From assembly GCA_016880655.1 (NCBI GenBank), contig JAEHDA010000051.1, positions 1 to 43,378 of the forward strand: a stretch of 43,378 nucleotides of DNA, given 5' to 3'. The notes under the pieces are model-generated. The model saw nothing but the letters and a program-made list of their open reading frames with translations, was not told the DNA's origin and did no database searches. Positions within the stretch are counted from its first letter, which is position 1; each line of letters opens with the position of its first letter. A program made the position numbers and the translations under genes. Shown here piece by piece: positions 29,200 to 39,000 of the stretch. Origin of the DNA: Rhodocyclaceae bacterium. GTDB lineage: Bacteria; Pseudomonadota; Gammaproteobacteria; Burkholderiales; Rhodocyclaceae.

Positions 29200-29655
29200 A
29201 TGAGCGAACAGCAACAACCCGTCTTCAGCATCGAGAAGATCTACGTCAAGGATCTTTCGCTCGAACTGCCCAATGCGCCACAGTGCTTCCTCGAACGTGA
29301 ATCGGCGCAGATCGCCGTGCAGATGGGTTCTTCCGGCACGGCAGTCGGCGAGGGCACCTTCGAAGTGGTGCTGACCGTCACCATTACCGCCACCATCGGC
29401 GACAAGACGCAGTTCCTGGTCGAAGTCTCCCAGGCCGGCATCTTCCTGATCCAGAACGTGCCGGAACAGGAAATCGAGCCGATCGTGGCCATCGCCTGCC
29501 CCAACATCCTTTTTCCGTATGCGCGCGAGGCGGTCTCCGATTGCGTCACGCGCGCCGGCTTCCCGCCCGTGCTGCTGGCCCCGGTCAACTTCGAGGCCGT
29601 CTATCGCCAGCGTGCCGAAGCGGAGCAACGCCCGCACGACGTGCCCATCCAGTAA
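29200..29655 (+). CDS. secB: Protein-export chaperone SecB
   Basis: PVFSIEKIYVKDLSLELPNAP..., CPNILFPYAREAVSDCVTRAGFPPVLLAPVNF. Confidence 0.95.
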   Translation: MSEQQQPVFSIEKIYVKDLSLELPNAPQCFLERESAQIAVQMGSSGTAVGEGTFEVVLTVTITATIGDKTQFLVEVSQAGIFLIQNVPEQEIEPIVAIACPNILFPYAREAVSDCVTRAGFPPVLLAPVNFEAVYRQRAEAEQRPHDVPIQ

Positions 29656-29659
29656 CACC

Positions 29660-30097
29660 ATGCGACATCTGTCGGCGGTCCCGATCCTCGGCCTGATCGC
29701 GGCATTGCCCGCCGCGGCGCTCGACTACCGTTCCGTCGTCGAGCCGGCGCTGCTCTACGATGCGCCGTCGCAGCAGGGCAAGCCGCTCTACGCCATCGCC
29801 CGCGGCACGCCGGTCGAGACGGTGGTCATGCTGGATGCCTGGGTCAAGGTGCGCGACGCCAAGGGCGAATTGGCCTGGATCGAAAAGCGGCAGCTTTCCG
29901 AAAAGCGCACCCTGATGGTCCGGACGGAACGCGCCCAGGTGCGCGCGCAGCCCGAAGAGGCCGCCGCGCTGGTGTTCGAGGCCGAGCGCGATGTGCTGCT
30001 CGATTTCGTCGAGGCCGGGCCGACCGGCTGGGTCAAGGTGCGCCATCGCGACGGCCAGCAGGGCTACGTCAAGGCCCTTCAGGTCTGGGGACTCTGA
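29660..30097 (+). CDS. Secreted SH3b-domain protein (two SH3-like repeats)
   Basis: ATG 29660. Signal peptide [22 protein letters not shown]. The patterns ...[19 protein letters not shown] and ...[20 protein letters not shown] are typical of bacterial SH3. Confidence 0.65.
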   Translation: MRHLSAVPILGLIAALPAAALDYRSVVEPALLYDAPSQQGKPLYAIARGTPVETVVMLDAWVKVRDAKGELAWIEKRQLSEKRTLMVRTERAQVRAQPEEAAALVFEAERDVLLDFVEAGPTGWVKVRHRDGQQGYVKALQVWGL

Positions 30098-30101
30098 GTT
30101 C

Positions 30102-31073
30102 ATGAAGATCGCCGTGCTGGGGGCGGGCGCCTGGGGCACCGCCCTGGCCTTGGCCTTTTCCAGCCGCCATTCCGTGCGCCTGTGGACCTGGCAAGCCGCG
30201 CATGCCGCGGCGATGAACGCGGCGCGAGAGAACGTCGAATTCCTGCCCGGCCACGCGCTGCCCGCCGATCTGACCGTGAGCGCCGACATGGCCTTGGCGG
30301 TCGCCGACGCCGACCTGGCGATCGTTGCCACACCCATGTCCGGGCTGCGCGGCACAGTCGGCGTGCTCGCCGGCCGGCTGCCCTTCCTTTGGGTCTGCAA
30401 GGGCCTGGAAGCCGGCACCGGCCTGCTGCCGCATCAGGTCGTCGAGCAGGGTGGCAATGCCGCCCTCTGCGGCGCGCTCACCGGGCCGAGTTTCGCCGAG
30501 GAAGTGGCCAAGGGCATGCCAACGGCGGTGACGCTTGCTTCGCGCGACCTCGCCTTCGCGCGGGACATGGCCGAGGCGCTGCACACGCCACGCCTGCGCA
30601 TCTATGCCAACGACGACATCGTCGGCGCCGAGGTCGGCGGCGCGGTGAAGAACGTGCTGGCCATCGCCACGGGCCTGTGCGACGGCCTCGGCTTGGGTCT
30701 CAACGCCCGTGCTGCGCTGATGACGCGCGGCCTGGCGGAGATCACCCGCTTCGGCACCGCGCTCGGCGGCAAGCGGGAAACCTTCATGGGCCTGGCGGGC
30801 CTGGGCGACATGATCCTTACCTGTACGGGCGATCTCTCGCGCAACCGTCGCGTCGGCCTGGCGCTATCTTCCGGGCGCCCCGTCGAGGTCATCCAGCGCG
30901 AACTCGGCCATGTTGCCGAGGGCGTGATGACCGCGCGCGAAGTCCTGCGGCGGGCCGCGGAACTGGGCGTCGAGATGCCCATCACCGAAGCCGTCTGCGC
31001 CGTACTCGACGGCCGCATCAAGGCAGCCGAAACCGTCGAGCGGCTCATGGGCCGCGACACCAAGACCGAGTAA
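30102..31073 (+). CDS. gpsA: NAD(P)H-dependent glycerol-3-phosphate dehydrogenase
   Basis: ATG 30102. [32 protein letters not shown] and [12 protein letters not shown]. Confidence 0.93.
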   Translation: MKIAVLGAGAWGTALALAFSSRHSVRLWTWQAAHAAAMNAARENVEFLPGHALPADLTVSADMALAVADADLAIVATPMSGLRGTVGVLAGRLPFLWVCKGLEAGTGLLPHQVVEQGGNAALCGALTGPSFAEEVAKGMPTAVTLASRDLAFARDMAEALHTPRLRIYANDDIVGAEVGGAVKNVLAIATGLCDGLGLGLNARAALMTRGLAEITRFGTALGGKRETFMGLAGLGDMILTCTGDLSRNRRVGLALSSGRPVEVIQRELGHVAEGVMTAREVLRRAAELGVEMPITEAVCAVLDGRIKAAETVERLMGRDTKTE

Positions 31074-31076
31074 GTT

Positions 31077-31541
31077 CTAGCTCCCGCCGGCAAAGTCCCG
31101 TTGCCGCCAGGCTTCGAACACCACTACCGCCACCGAATTCGACAGATTGAGGCTGCGGTTTCCCGGCAGCATCGGCAGCCGCAGCCGTTGCCCGGCGGAA
31201 AACTCCGCCAGCACTTCCGGCGGCAGGCCGCGCGACTCGGGCCCGAACACGAAGCCGTCGCCTGGCTGGAACTGCACCGCATGCAGGGCGGTTTCTCCCT
31301 TGGTGGTGATCGCGAACAGGCGCGCAGACGCCAGCGCGGCCCGGCATGCCGGCCAGTTCTCATGCACCTTCATCGTGGCGAACTCGTGGTAGTCCAGGCC
31401 GGCGCGGCGCAGCGACTTGTCGTCGATATCGAAGCCGAGCGGCTTGACCAGGTGCAGGGCGGCGCCCGTGTTGGCGGCCAGCCGGATCACGTTGCCGGTG
31501 TTGGGCGGAATCTCGGGCTGGAACAGGACGATGTGGAACAT
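31077..31541 (-). CDS. trmL: tRNA (cytidine/uridine-2'-O)-methyltransferase TrmL (SpoU family)
   Basis: MFHIVLFQPEIPPNTGNVIRLAANTGAALHLV..., GFVFGPESRGLP, LRLPMLPGNRSLNLSNSVAVVVFEAWRQ. Confidence 0.92.
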   Translation of the reverse strand: MFHIVLFQPEIPPNTGNVIRLAANTGAALHLVKPLGFDIDDKSLRRAGLDYHEFATMKVHENWPACRAALASARLFAITTKGETALHAVQFQPGDGFVFGPESRGLPPEVLAEFSAGQRLRLPMLPGNRSLNLSNSVAVVVFEAWRQRDFAGGS

Positions 31542-31592
31542 GGCCGCGCAATTCGATTAGGATGGCCGCCAGTCTATTGGGGAAACGAGTCC

Positions 31593-31976
31593 ATGGCACG
31601 TGGCGATCCGGCAGAGCAGGCGGTGTTGCGGCTCGAATCGCGCCGCTTTGTTTCCCGTTGCGAAGGCCAGATTGCGCTCATCCAGCGGGCGGACAGCCTC
31701 AGGGAACTATCGAGGCTGGCAACGATTCCGCTGCCGTATCGCCTTGCCGAGGACTACCCTGCTCGCGACGCGCAACGCCATGTCACCCAGGCGGCGGAGG
31801 AACGGGCGCGCGAAATCATCCATGACCAGATAGACCGTTGCCTGCGGGCCGAGCCGGAACGGCGCGACATTCTGAAGAGCAAGCTGGCCGAGGATTGGGC
31901 CAATTTGACGGGTGTACTTGGCCATTTGCGAGCCTGGGCGCAGGGCAAACTGGCGTCAGCGCAACAGTTGCGGTGA
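31593..31976 (+). CDS. Hypothetical protein (127 aa)
   Basis: In-frame ATG 31593 within tracked ORF 31101..31976, whose upstream part shadows trmL. Plausible codon usage, no recognised motif. Confidence 0.45.
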   Translation: MARGDPAEQAVLRLESRRFVSRCEGQIALIQRADSLRELSRLATIPLPYRLAEDYPARDAQRHVTQAAEERAREIIHDQIDRCLRAEPERRDILKSKLAEDWANLTGVLGHLRAWAQGKLASAQQLR

Positions 31977-32094
31977 GCCGCAATGCGGGTATTTCTTGCG
32001 ATTCGGCTTAATTGGTACTATTTTTAGCCGTTAAATCATTGTGCTGCATAAAACATTTCACGTTTTTCCTTAGATAGGAATCGCCGGATATCCG

Positions 32095-33807
32095 ATGGCT
32101 CGGCCACCACAACGCATACGCCTGGGTGACTTGCTGATACAGGAAGGGCTGCTCACCGATGAGCAGCTCAGGCTCGCGCTCGAAGAACAGAAACGCAGCG
32201 GGCGCAAGCTCGGCCGCATTTTCGTCGATAGCGGCTACGTCACCGAAGACGGCATCGCCAAGGCCTTGGCGCGCCAATTGCGCGCCGAGTTCGTCGACCT
32301 GCGCAGTTTCCAGCCCAGGCCCGAACTCATCAAGCTCTTGCCCGAGCCGCAGGCGCGCCGTTTCCGCGCCATCGTGCTCGACGATCAGGCCGGCCTGCTG
32401 CGCGTCGGATTTGCCGATCCCACCGACATCACCGCCTACGACGAGGTCGCCCGGATCGTCCGGCGCGACATCGAACTGGTGGTGGTGCTCGAAAGCCAGT
32501 TGGTGCCATTGCTGGACCGGGTCTATCGCCGCACCGAGGAAATCACCGGCCTGGCGAAAGAACTGACCCAGGAGATGGGCGACATTCCGTTCGAGTTCGG
32601 CTCGGTGCTGGGGCTTGCGCCGGGCGCCGAGGACGCGCCGGTCGTCAAGCTGCTCAACACCGTGTTCGAGGAGGCGCTGAAGATGCGTGCCTCGGACATC
32701 CACGTCGAGCCGCAGGAAAAGTCGCTGATCATCCGCTTCCGCATCGACGGCGTGCTGCATGTGCAGACCGAAGCGGACGCCAAGATCGCCACCGCGCTGG
32801 TGCTGCGCCTGAAGCTGATGTCCGGCCTCGATATCTCGGAAAAGCGCCTGCCGCAGGACGGCCGCTTCGCACTGCAACTGCGCGGCGCGCCGGTCGACGT
32901 GCGCATTTCGAGCATGCCGACCCAGTTCGGCGAGTCGGTCGTGATGCGCCTGCTGGTGCAGAACGCCGCGCTGATGGATGTCGGCCGTCTGAACATGCCG
33001 CCGCGCGTGCTGGAACGCTTCCGCGCCGCCATCCATCGTCCGTCGGGCATCGTCCTGGTCACCGGCCCGACCGGTTCCGGCAAGACGACCACGCTCTACG
33101 CCGCGCTCAACGAACTCAACACGCCCGAGAAGAAGATCATCACGGTCGAGGACCCGGTCGAGTACCGCCTCGCCGGCCTCAACCAGGTGCAGGTGCACGA
33201 GAAGATCGACCTCTCGTTCGCGCGCGTGCTGCGCAGCACCCTGCGCCAGGACCCGGACATCATCCTGGTCGGCGAAATGCGCGACCAGGACACCGCCGAA
33301 ATCGGCATGCGCGCGGCCATGACCGGCCACATGGTGCTTTCCACCCTGCACACCAACGACGCGCTGTCCACGCCGATCCGCCTGCTCGACATGGGCGTGC
33401 CGCGCTACATGGTGGCGCTCTCGATCCAGATGGTGCTGGCGCAGCGGCTGATCCGCGTCATCTGCGAATCCTGCGCCGAGCCGCACACGCTGGCGCCGCA
33501 CGAGCGCGAGTGGTTGCGCTACGAACTCGGCGACCGCGTCGACAGCGTCCAGTACCGCCACGGCCGCGGCTGCGCGCATTGCGCCAATACCGGCTATCAG
33601 GGCCGGCAGGCCGTGTACGAATTCCTGGAAATGACCAACAGCCTCGTCGAGGCTGTTAACCACGGCGATCCGAACGAATTCATCCGCATCGGCCGCGAGC
33701 AGATGGCCGGTGAGACGCTGCGCCGTGACGCGGTGCGTCTGGTGACGGCGGGGCGCACCACGCCCGAAGAGGCGATGCGCATCTCCAGCCAGGTGGACGA
33801 GGACTAG
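32095..33807 (+). CDS. mshE: Type IV pilus (MSHA-type) assembly ATPase with N-terminal MshEN c-di-GMP-binding domain
   Basis: GspE/PilB family: Walker A GPTGSGKTTT, VEDPVEY, ILVGEMRD, a tetracysteine CESC...CAHC. The N-terminus RLGDLLIQEGLLTDEQLRLALEEQ matches the MshEN 24-residue motif, followed by a second half-motif KLGRIFVDSGYVTEDGIAKALARQ. Confidence 0.88.
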   Translation: MARPPQRIRLGDLLIQEGLLTDEQLRLALEEQKRSGRKLGRIFVDSGYVTEDGIAKALARQLRAEFVDLRSFQPRPELIKLLPEPQARRFRAIVLDDQAGLLRVGFADPTDITAYDEVARIVRRDIELVVVLESQLVPLLDRVYRRTEEITGLAKELTQEMGDIPFEFGSVLGLAPGAEDAPVVKLLNTVFEEALKMRASDIHVEPQEKSLIIRFRIDGVLHVQTEADAKIATALVLRLKLMSGLDISEKRLPQDGRFALQLRGAPVDVRISSMPTQFGESVVMRLLVQNAALMDVGRLNMPPRVLERFRAAIHRPSGIVLVTGPTGSGKTTTLYAALNELNTPEKKIITVEDPVEYRLAGLNQVQVHEKIDLSFARVLRSTLRQDPDIILVGEMRDQDTAEIGMRAAMTGHMVLSTLHTNDALSTPIRLLDMGVPRYMVALSIQMVLAQRLIRVICESCAEPHTLAPHEREWLRYELGDRVDSVQYRHGRGCAHCANTGYQGRQAVYEFLEMTNSLVEAVNHGDPNEFIRIGREQMAGETLRRDAVRLVTAGRTTPEEAMRISSQVDED

Positions 33808-33811
33808 CGGA

Positions 33812-35050
33812 GTGCCCGCGTTCGCCTATCGCGGCCGCAACTCTGCCGGCGAAGCCGTCGAAGGCATGCTCGACGGCAACAACGCAGCGGCGGTGGCCGA
33901 CTTGCTGTTCGGCACCGGCATCACGCCGCTGGAAATCAAGCCCGCGCCGGCCGGCGCCACGGAAAAGAAAGTTGGTGGCGGCGCCATCAATCTGGAGTTC
34001 TTCGCCGAGAAGGTCGCCCACGTCGACATCCTGATGTTCACCCGCCAGCTCTATACGCTGCTGAAGGCGGGCGTGCCGATCATGCGTGCGCTGGCGGGCT
34101 TGCAGGAGTCGAGCCAGAACAAGGCGATGAAGAATCTCCTCGGCGACGTGCGCCAGAGCCTCGACAGCGGCCGCGAGTTGTCGGTGTCGCTGGCCCGGCA
34201 TCCCAAGGAGTTCTCGAACTTCTATCTCGCCATGGTGCGCGTCGGCGAAATGACCGGCCGGCTGGAGGAGATCTTCCTGCGCCTGTTCGACCACATGGAG
34301 TTCGAGCGCTTCATGCGCGAACAGGTCAAGTCGGCGCTGCGCTACCCCAGCTTCGTCATCCTCGCCATGGCCGTGGCCCTGTTCGTGGTGAACGTCTGGG
34401 TGATCCCGACCTTCGCCAAGGTCTTCCAGGGCTTCAACGCCGAACTGCCGATGGTGACGCGCATGCTGATCGGCTTCTCCGAATTCACCGTCGCCTGGTG
34501 GCACTTCATCGTGGTCGGGGCAATCGCGGCCGCGTTCGCCTTCCGCGCCTGGATCGGCACGCCGCGCGGCCGCTACCTGTGGGACGAGGCCAAGATGCGC
34601 ATCCCGGTCGCCGGCAAGATCATCCGCAAGGCGACGCTGGCCCGCTTCGCGCGCAGTTATGCGCTGGCGCTGCGTTCCGGGGTACCCGTGATCCAGGCGC
34701 TGACCACGGTCGCGCAGACCGTGGACAACGCGTTCATCTCCGAGAAGGTCGAGCAGATGCGCGACGGCGTCGAGCGCGGCGAATCCATCCTGCGCGCCGC
34801 CATCGGCACCGGTGCCTTCACGCCCGTGGTGCTACAGATGATCGCCGTCGGCGAGGAGTCCGGCACCATCGACGAGATGATGGAAGAAATCGCCGGCATG
34901 TACCAGAGCGAAGTCGAGTACGAACTCAAGACGCTCTCGCAACAGATCGAGCCGATCCTGATCGTCATGCTCGGCGGCCTGGTGCTGGTTCTGGCGCTCG
35001 GCATCTTCCTGCCCATGTGGGACCTTGGCAAGGTGGCGATGAAGAAATGA
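33812..35050 (+). CDS. mshG: Type IV pilus platform protein (GspF/PilC family, MshG-like)
   Basis: 412 aa, GTG start after GAGGA. Two GspF repeats (FTRQLYTLLKAGVPIMRAL... and FARSYALALRSGVPVIQAL...) and three TM segments. Confidence 0.85.
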   Translation: MPAFAYRGRNSAGEAVEGMLDGNNAAAVADLLFGTGITPLEIKPAPAGATEKKVGGGAINLEFFAEKVAHVDILMFTRQLYTLLKAGVPIMRALAGLQESSQNKAMKNLLGDVRQSLDSGRELSVSLARHPKEFSNFYLAMVRVGEMTGRLEEIFLRLFDHMEFERFMREQVKSALRYPSFVILAMAVALFVVNVWVIPTFAKVFQGFNAELPMVTRMLIGFSEFTVAWWHFIVVGAIAAAFAFRAWIGTPRGRYLWDEAKMRIPVAGKIIRKATLARFARSYALALRSGVPVIQALTTVAQTVDNAFISEKVEQMRDGVERGESILRAAIGTGAFTPVVLQMIAVGEESGTIDEMMEEIAGMYQSEVEYELKTLSQQIEPILIVMLGGLVLVLALGIFLPMWDLGKVAMKK

Positions 35051-35574
35051 ACATGCGCTCGCGCCAATCCGGCTTCACGCTCATGGAACTGGTGGTCGTC
35101 ATTGCCATCATCGCCATCCTCGCCGCCGTCGCCCTGCCGCGCCTGATCGAAACCCAGCGTGATGCCCGCGTCGCCAAAGCCATGGCCATCTACGGTTCGC
35201 TGCGCTCGGCCTCGTCGCTGGCGCGTGCCCGCTGCGAACTCGACCTGGCCGGCACTCCTGTTCCAGGGAAAGTCAGTTGTCGCGACACGCCGCCGATGGT
35301 GGAAATGGATGGACATCGGGTGCGCATCGTCAATCATTATCCGGCCGCAGCGGCGGACGGCATCGACGTGGCGGCGGACATCAACCTGGCGGGCGACGGA
35401 CTGGTCGCCGGCAACGGCAGCGACACCAACAGTCTCGGCATCGGCGTGCCCAGCCGTACCTTCAAAGTCAGCGGTGGCAGCACGCCGAATTGCAGCGCGA
35501 CCTACCTGGAGGCGGGTCTCAAGGGGGGCAGCGTCGTTGGCGCGGAAGTGCGCGTCGCCACCGACGGCTGCTGA
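35047..35574 (+). CDS. Type IV pilin-like protein (MshB-like minor pilin, 175 aa)
   Basis: ATG 35047 overlaps the mshG stop (ATGA). Prepilin signal [31 protein letters not shown] with Glu5. Confidence 0.8.
   Translation: MNMRSRQSGFTLMELVVVIAIIAILAAVALPRLIETQRDARVAKAMAIYGSLRSASSLARARCELDLAGTPVPGKVSCRDTPPMVEMDGHRVRIVNHYPAAAADGIDVAADINLAGDGLVAGNGSDTNSLGIGVPSRTFKVSGGSTPNCSATYLEAGLKGGSVVGAEVRVATDGC
35268..35291 (+). repeat. 24-nt word copy 7: GAAAGTCAGTTGTCGCGACACGCC (21/24)
   Basis: Inside the 175-aa pilin gene, sense. The host reads KVSCRDTP. Confidence 0.85.
35463..35486 (+). repeat. 24-nt word copy 8: CAAAGTCAGCGGTGGCAGCACGCC (20/24)
   Basis: In the same pilin gene, 195 nt downstream of copy 7, sense. 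The host reads KVSGGSTP. Confidence 0.8.
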
Positions 35575-35621
35575 TTCGTTCTATTATTCCTAAAGTCATA
35601 TTCTCACCACGGAGGCACAGC

Positions 35622-36038
35622 ATGAAAAAGCAGATACAGCAAGGCTTCACCCTGATCGAACTGGTCGTGGTCATCGTCATCCTCGGCATCCTCGCCGCCG
35701 TTGCGCTGCCGCGCTTCATCAATCTCAGTGCCGATGCGGCCAACGCCGCCGCACAGGGCGTTGCGGGCTCAATCGCTTCCGGAACCTCGATTAACTTTGC
35801 AGCCCGCTCTGCCAACAATGCCGCTGCGACTGTGCTCAATCAGGCCAACGTCTGTACGTCGGCGATTCTGGGTACGTTCGTTACCGGCGTAACGCTCGTT
35901 GCCGTGGCGCCGACAAGCAACAGCCAGTTCCAGATTGCCGGCACCGGCGACTGTAGTGGTACGAACAACACCGTTTTCTGCACCGTCACGGCCCAGAACG
36001 GCACGGCACAGAACGCAACGGTTGTTTGCGCCCGGTAG
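35622..36038 (+). CDS. mshA: Type IV major pilin candidate (MshA-like, 138 aa)
   Basis: GGAGG lies 6 nt upstream. [32 protein letters not shown]. It is short, has a C-terminal Cys pair, and the variable part has lower GC3. An AT-rich 47-nt gap lies upstream. Confidence 0.7.
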   Translation: MKKQIQQGFTLIELVVVIVILGILAAVALPRFINLSADAANAAAQGVAGSIASGTSINFAARSANNAAATVLNQANVCTSAILGTFVTGVTLVAVAPTSNSQFQIAGTGDCSGTNNTVFCTVTAQNGTAQNATVVCAR

Positions 36039-36099
36039 TTGGCGATCTCGCTGGGCTAACGCGGCGCAGTGGCGCCGCGGGCGCCGCAGTGTCGACCCG

Positions 36100-39000
36100 A
36101 TGAGCGGGTGGCGGGGAGCATGGCTCGCGGCCGCGCCGGCGTTTGTGGCCGGCGCGGGCAAACGGCTTGGATGCGTAGCCGTCCTGCTGTGCGGGCTCTG
36201 GCTGTCTGCCGTTCCGGCGCACGCCCAAACCTACCAGAGCGCCTCGACGCCGTTTAGCTGGGTCGACCCCGCGACCCACACCCGGATCGGCTACAACACG
36301 CCGACCTACAAGTTCAATGGCGGTGGTGGCTGCGGTTCGACGCCGCCCGTGCTGGACGACACCATCAGCGACCTCATTCCGATCGGTTTTACCTTCGTTT
36401 ACGGCACTATCGGCTACACGCAACTGCGCATCCAGACCAACGGTCGGCTACAGTTCAACAACGCCGAGTGCGGCTACGGTACCGCGAGTGTCGGACCGCC
36501 GCAGACCTATCCCTACGGCTATCCGGTCGCCACCATGAACAACACCATGAAGGTGTTCGGTGTCGATCTGGATCCGACCAACAGGGCCGATTCGGCGACC
36601 TACCCGACGACCTGCAATGGCCATGCGAATTGCTACGTCAAATGGGCGTCGATCGGTACGGCACCCAACCGTCAGTTCGTCGTGACCTGGTTCCACGTCC
36701 CCGAATGGGTAACGTCAACCAACACCAGCGGCTCCTTCGACCTGCAGGTCATCCTCAACGAAGACGGTTCCTTCGTCTACCAGTACGGCACCATTACCCA
36801 CGGCGGCACCGGCACCGCACAGGTGGGCTGGCAACTGACGACTACCGATTACGCGGTGTTGACCTTCGGCGCCTCGACCGAGCCCCCGCCGAACACGTCC
36901 ATCGTCTTCTTCAAGCCGTCGGCCGTGGCCAATTACCGCTTCGACGAGGGCGGCTGGCTTCCGGGAGCTGCCGGCCAGGTGCTCGACACCACCGCGAATG
37001 CCCGGCATGGCATGTCGGTGGGCACCGCCCAGACCACCGCCGCCGGCTATGTCTGCCGCGGCGCGAATATTCCCGCCAATACCACCGGCCCTGCTGTCGA
37101 TGCGGTCCAGACCGGGGTCAACGTCGGTACGGCGAGCCTCAATCTCCTGGGCACGGGGACGATTGCATTCTGGTACAAGTCCAACAGTGCATGGAGCGGC
37201 GCGGCGGCGCAATTGATCGATGCGACCAGCGTCGGCGGCCAGTGGTTCTACCTGGCCAAGAAAGCCGGCGGCACTTTGTACTTCGGGGTGACTGACAGCA
37301 CCGGTACCTTCCGTTCGGTGGAAACGCCGGTACAGACGTTCGCCGCCAATACCTGGGTGCATGTCGCGGTCAGCTGGAACTTCAACGGCCTCGCCGCGGC
37401 GAACTCGGACCAGTTGAGAATCTTTGTCAATGCGGGTACGCCGACGACGTCGTCATTCACCAGCAACGGCACGGTCACGACCCAGGCCGGCTTGTTGTAT
37501 GTCGGCGACAATCCCGTCGGCATCGCGGATACCAACGGCAGCGTCAATTCCGCCAACGGCGTGATCGACGAGGTCACGGTCTACAATTCGGCGTTGAGCA
37601 CTGCGCAAGTGGGTGCCCACAAGGTCGGCACCCACACCTGTCCAACATCCAATATCCACCACCTGGAAATTCAGAGCAGCGGCAGCGGCCTGACTTGCGC
37701 TGCGAGCCCCATCACCATCCGCGCCTGCACGAATGCCCCATGCTCGACGCTCTATACCGGCGGCATCAGCGGCACACTGACCGCGACGGGGACGCCGGTC
37801 GTCATATCCGACACCAGTTCGGGTGGTTTTCCCGGCAGCGGTTTCGCGATCGGCCTGGGATCGAGCTCGACGGTGAAGTACATCCAGGTTGCGTCGGCAG
37901 GAAGCGTGGTGCTCGGCATCGCCGGGGTCAACCAGGCCGTGCCCAATGCCACCACCTGCAATTTCGGCTCGCCCGCCTGCACCTTCACGGCCAATACGGC
38001 GGGATTCATATATGCCAATGCGAGCACGGGCACCAGCTACACGATTCCGGCCCAGGTTTCCGGCACGGCGACGGCGGCAAACGCCATCTACCTTCGGGCA
38101 GTACAGGCACTGACCACCAATCCGGCGGTGTGCACGCCGGCGATCATCAGCCAGTCCAACGTCCCGGTAACGCTCGGTTACACCTGCGTCGATCCGGCGA
38201 CCTGCCAGGCCGGCAACCTGATGACGATCAATTCGACCGCCGTGCCCGCCGGCGGCGGCAGCGTCAATCTGAATTTCGATGCGAATGGCTCGGCGCCGAT
38301 CACCATTCGCTACGACGATGTCGGGCGAATCACCGTGGATGCAAGCAAGACAGTGACGCCTTTCGGCGGCGCGACTCCCGTCACCCTCACCGGCAGCAGC
38401 AACGGCTTCGTCGTTGCGCCGGCGAGCTTCGCTGTGACTCCCGCCGGCCCATATGTTGCCGGCAGCCCGTTCAACGTCACGGTCGCCGCGAAGAACGCCC
38501 TGGGCGGTACGACGCAAAACTTCGGCAAGGAAAGCACTACCGAGAACGTGACGCTCGGCCGCACGCTGACTGCACCGGCCGGTGGCAACAACCCCGCGCT
38601 CGCAGGCACGACGACCTTGGCCGACGCCGCATTCCAGACCGGCAATGGCGTGGCGTCGACCAGTGCCGTCCAATGGGGCGAGGTCGGCGACATCGCCGTT
38701 ACTGCGACGCTGGCGAGCGGCAGCTATCTCGGCTCCGGCTTGACGGCTACCGGTTCCGGGGCGGCAGGCCCGTTCAAGCCGGCCTATTTCGACACCGCGG
38801 CAATCGAGGGTTGCAGTGCCTTCACCTATTCCGGCCAGCCTTTTGGCGTGACCGTCACGGCGAAAAACGCCGCGGGCACGACGACCCAGAACTACAAGGG
38901 CGCCTACGCCCGGGCGACGACCCTGGCCGATGCCAACAGCGCGACCAACAACAGCACGACGCTGGGCGTTCTTGCGAACACCGGCATTACCGCGGCGACT

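Noticed and set aside
32012-32028. Sigma54-like TTGGTAC-N-TTAGC upstream of mshE
   Set aside because: The GG-to-GC spacing is 13 rather than 12 nt, and both elements are degenerate.
35541-35570. GCGTCGCCACCGACGGCTGCTGA at the 3' end of the 175-aa pilin gene, resembling the reverse complement of the word
   Set aside because: The alignment needs two indels and loses the octamer. I mention it only as context in the pilin finding and do not count it as a copy.
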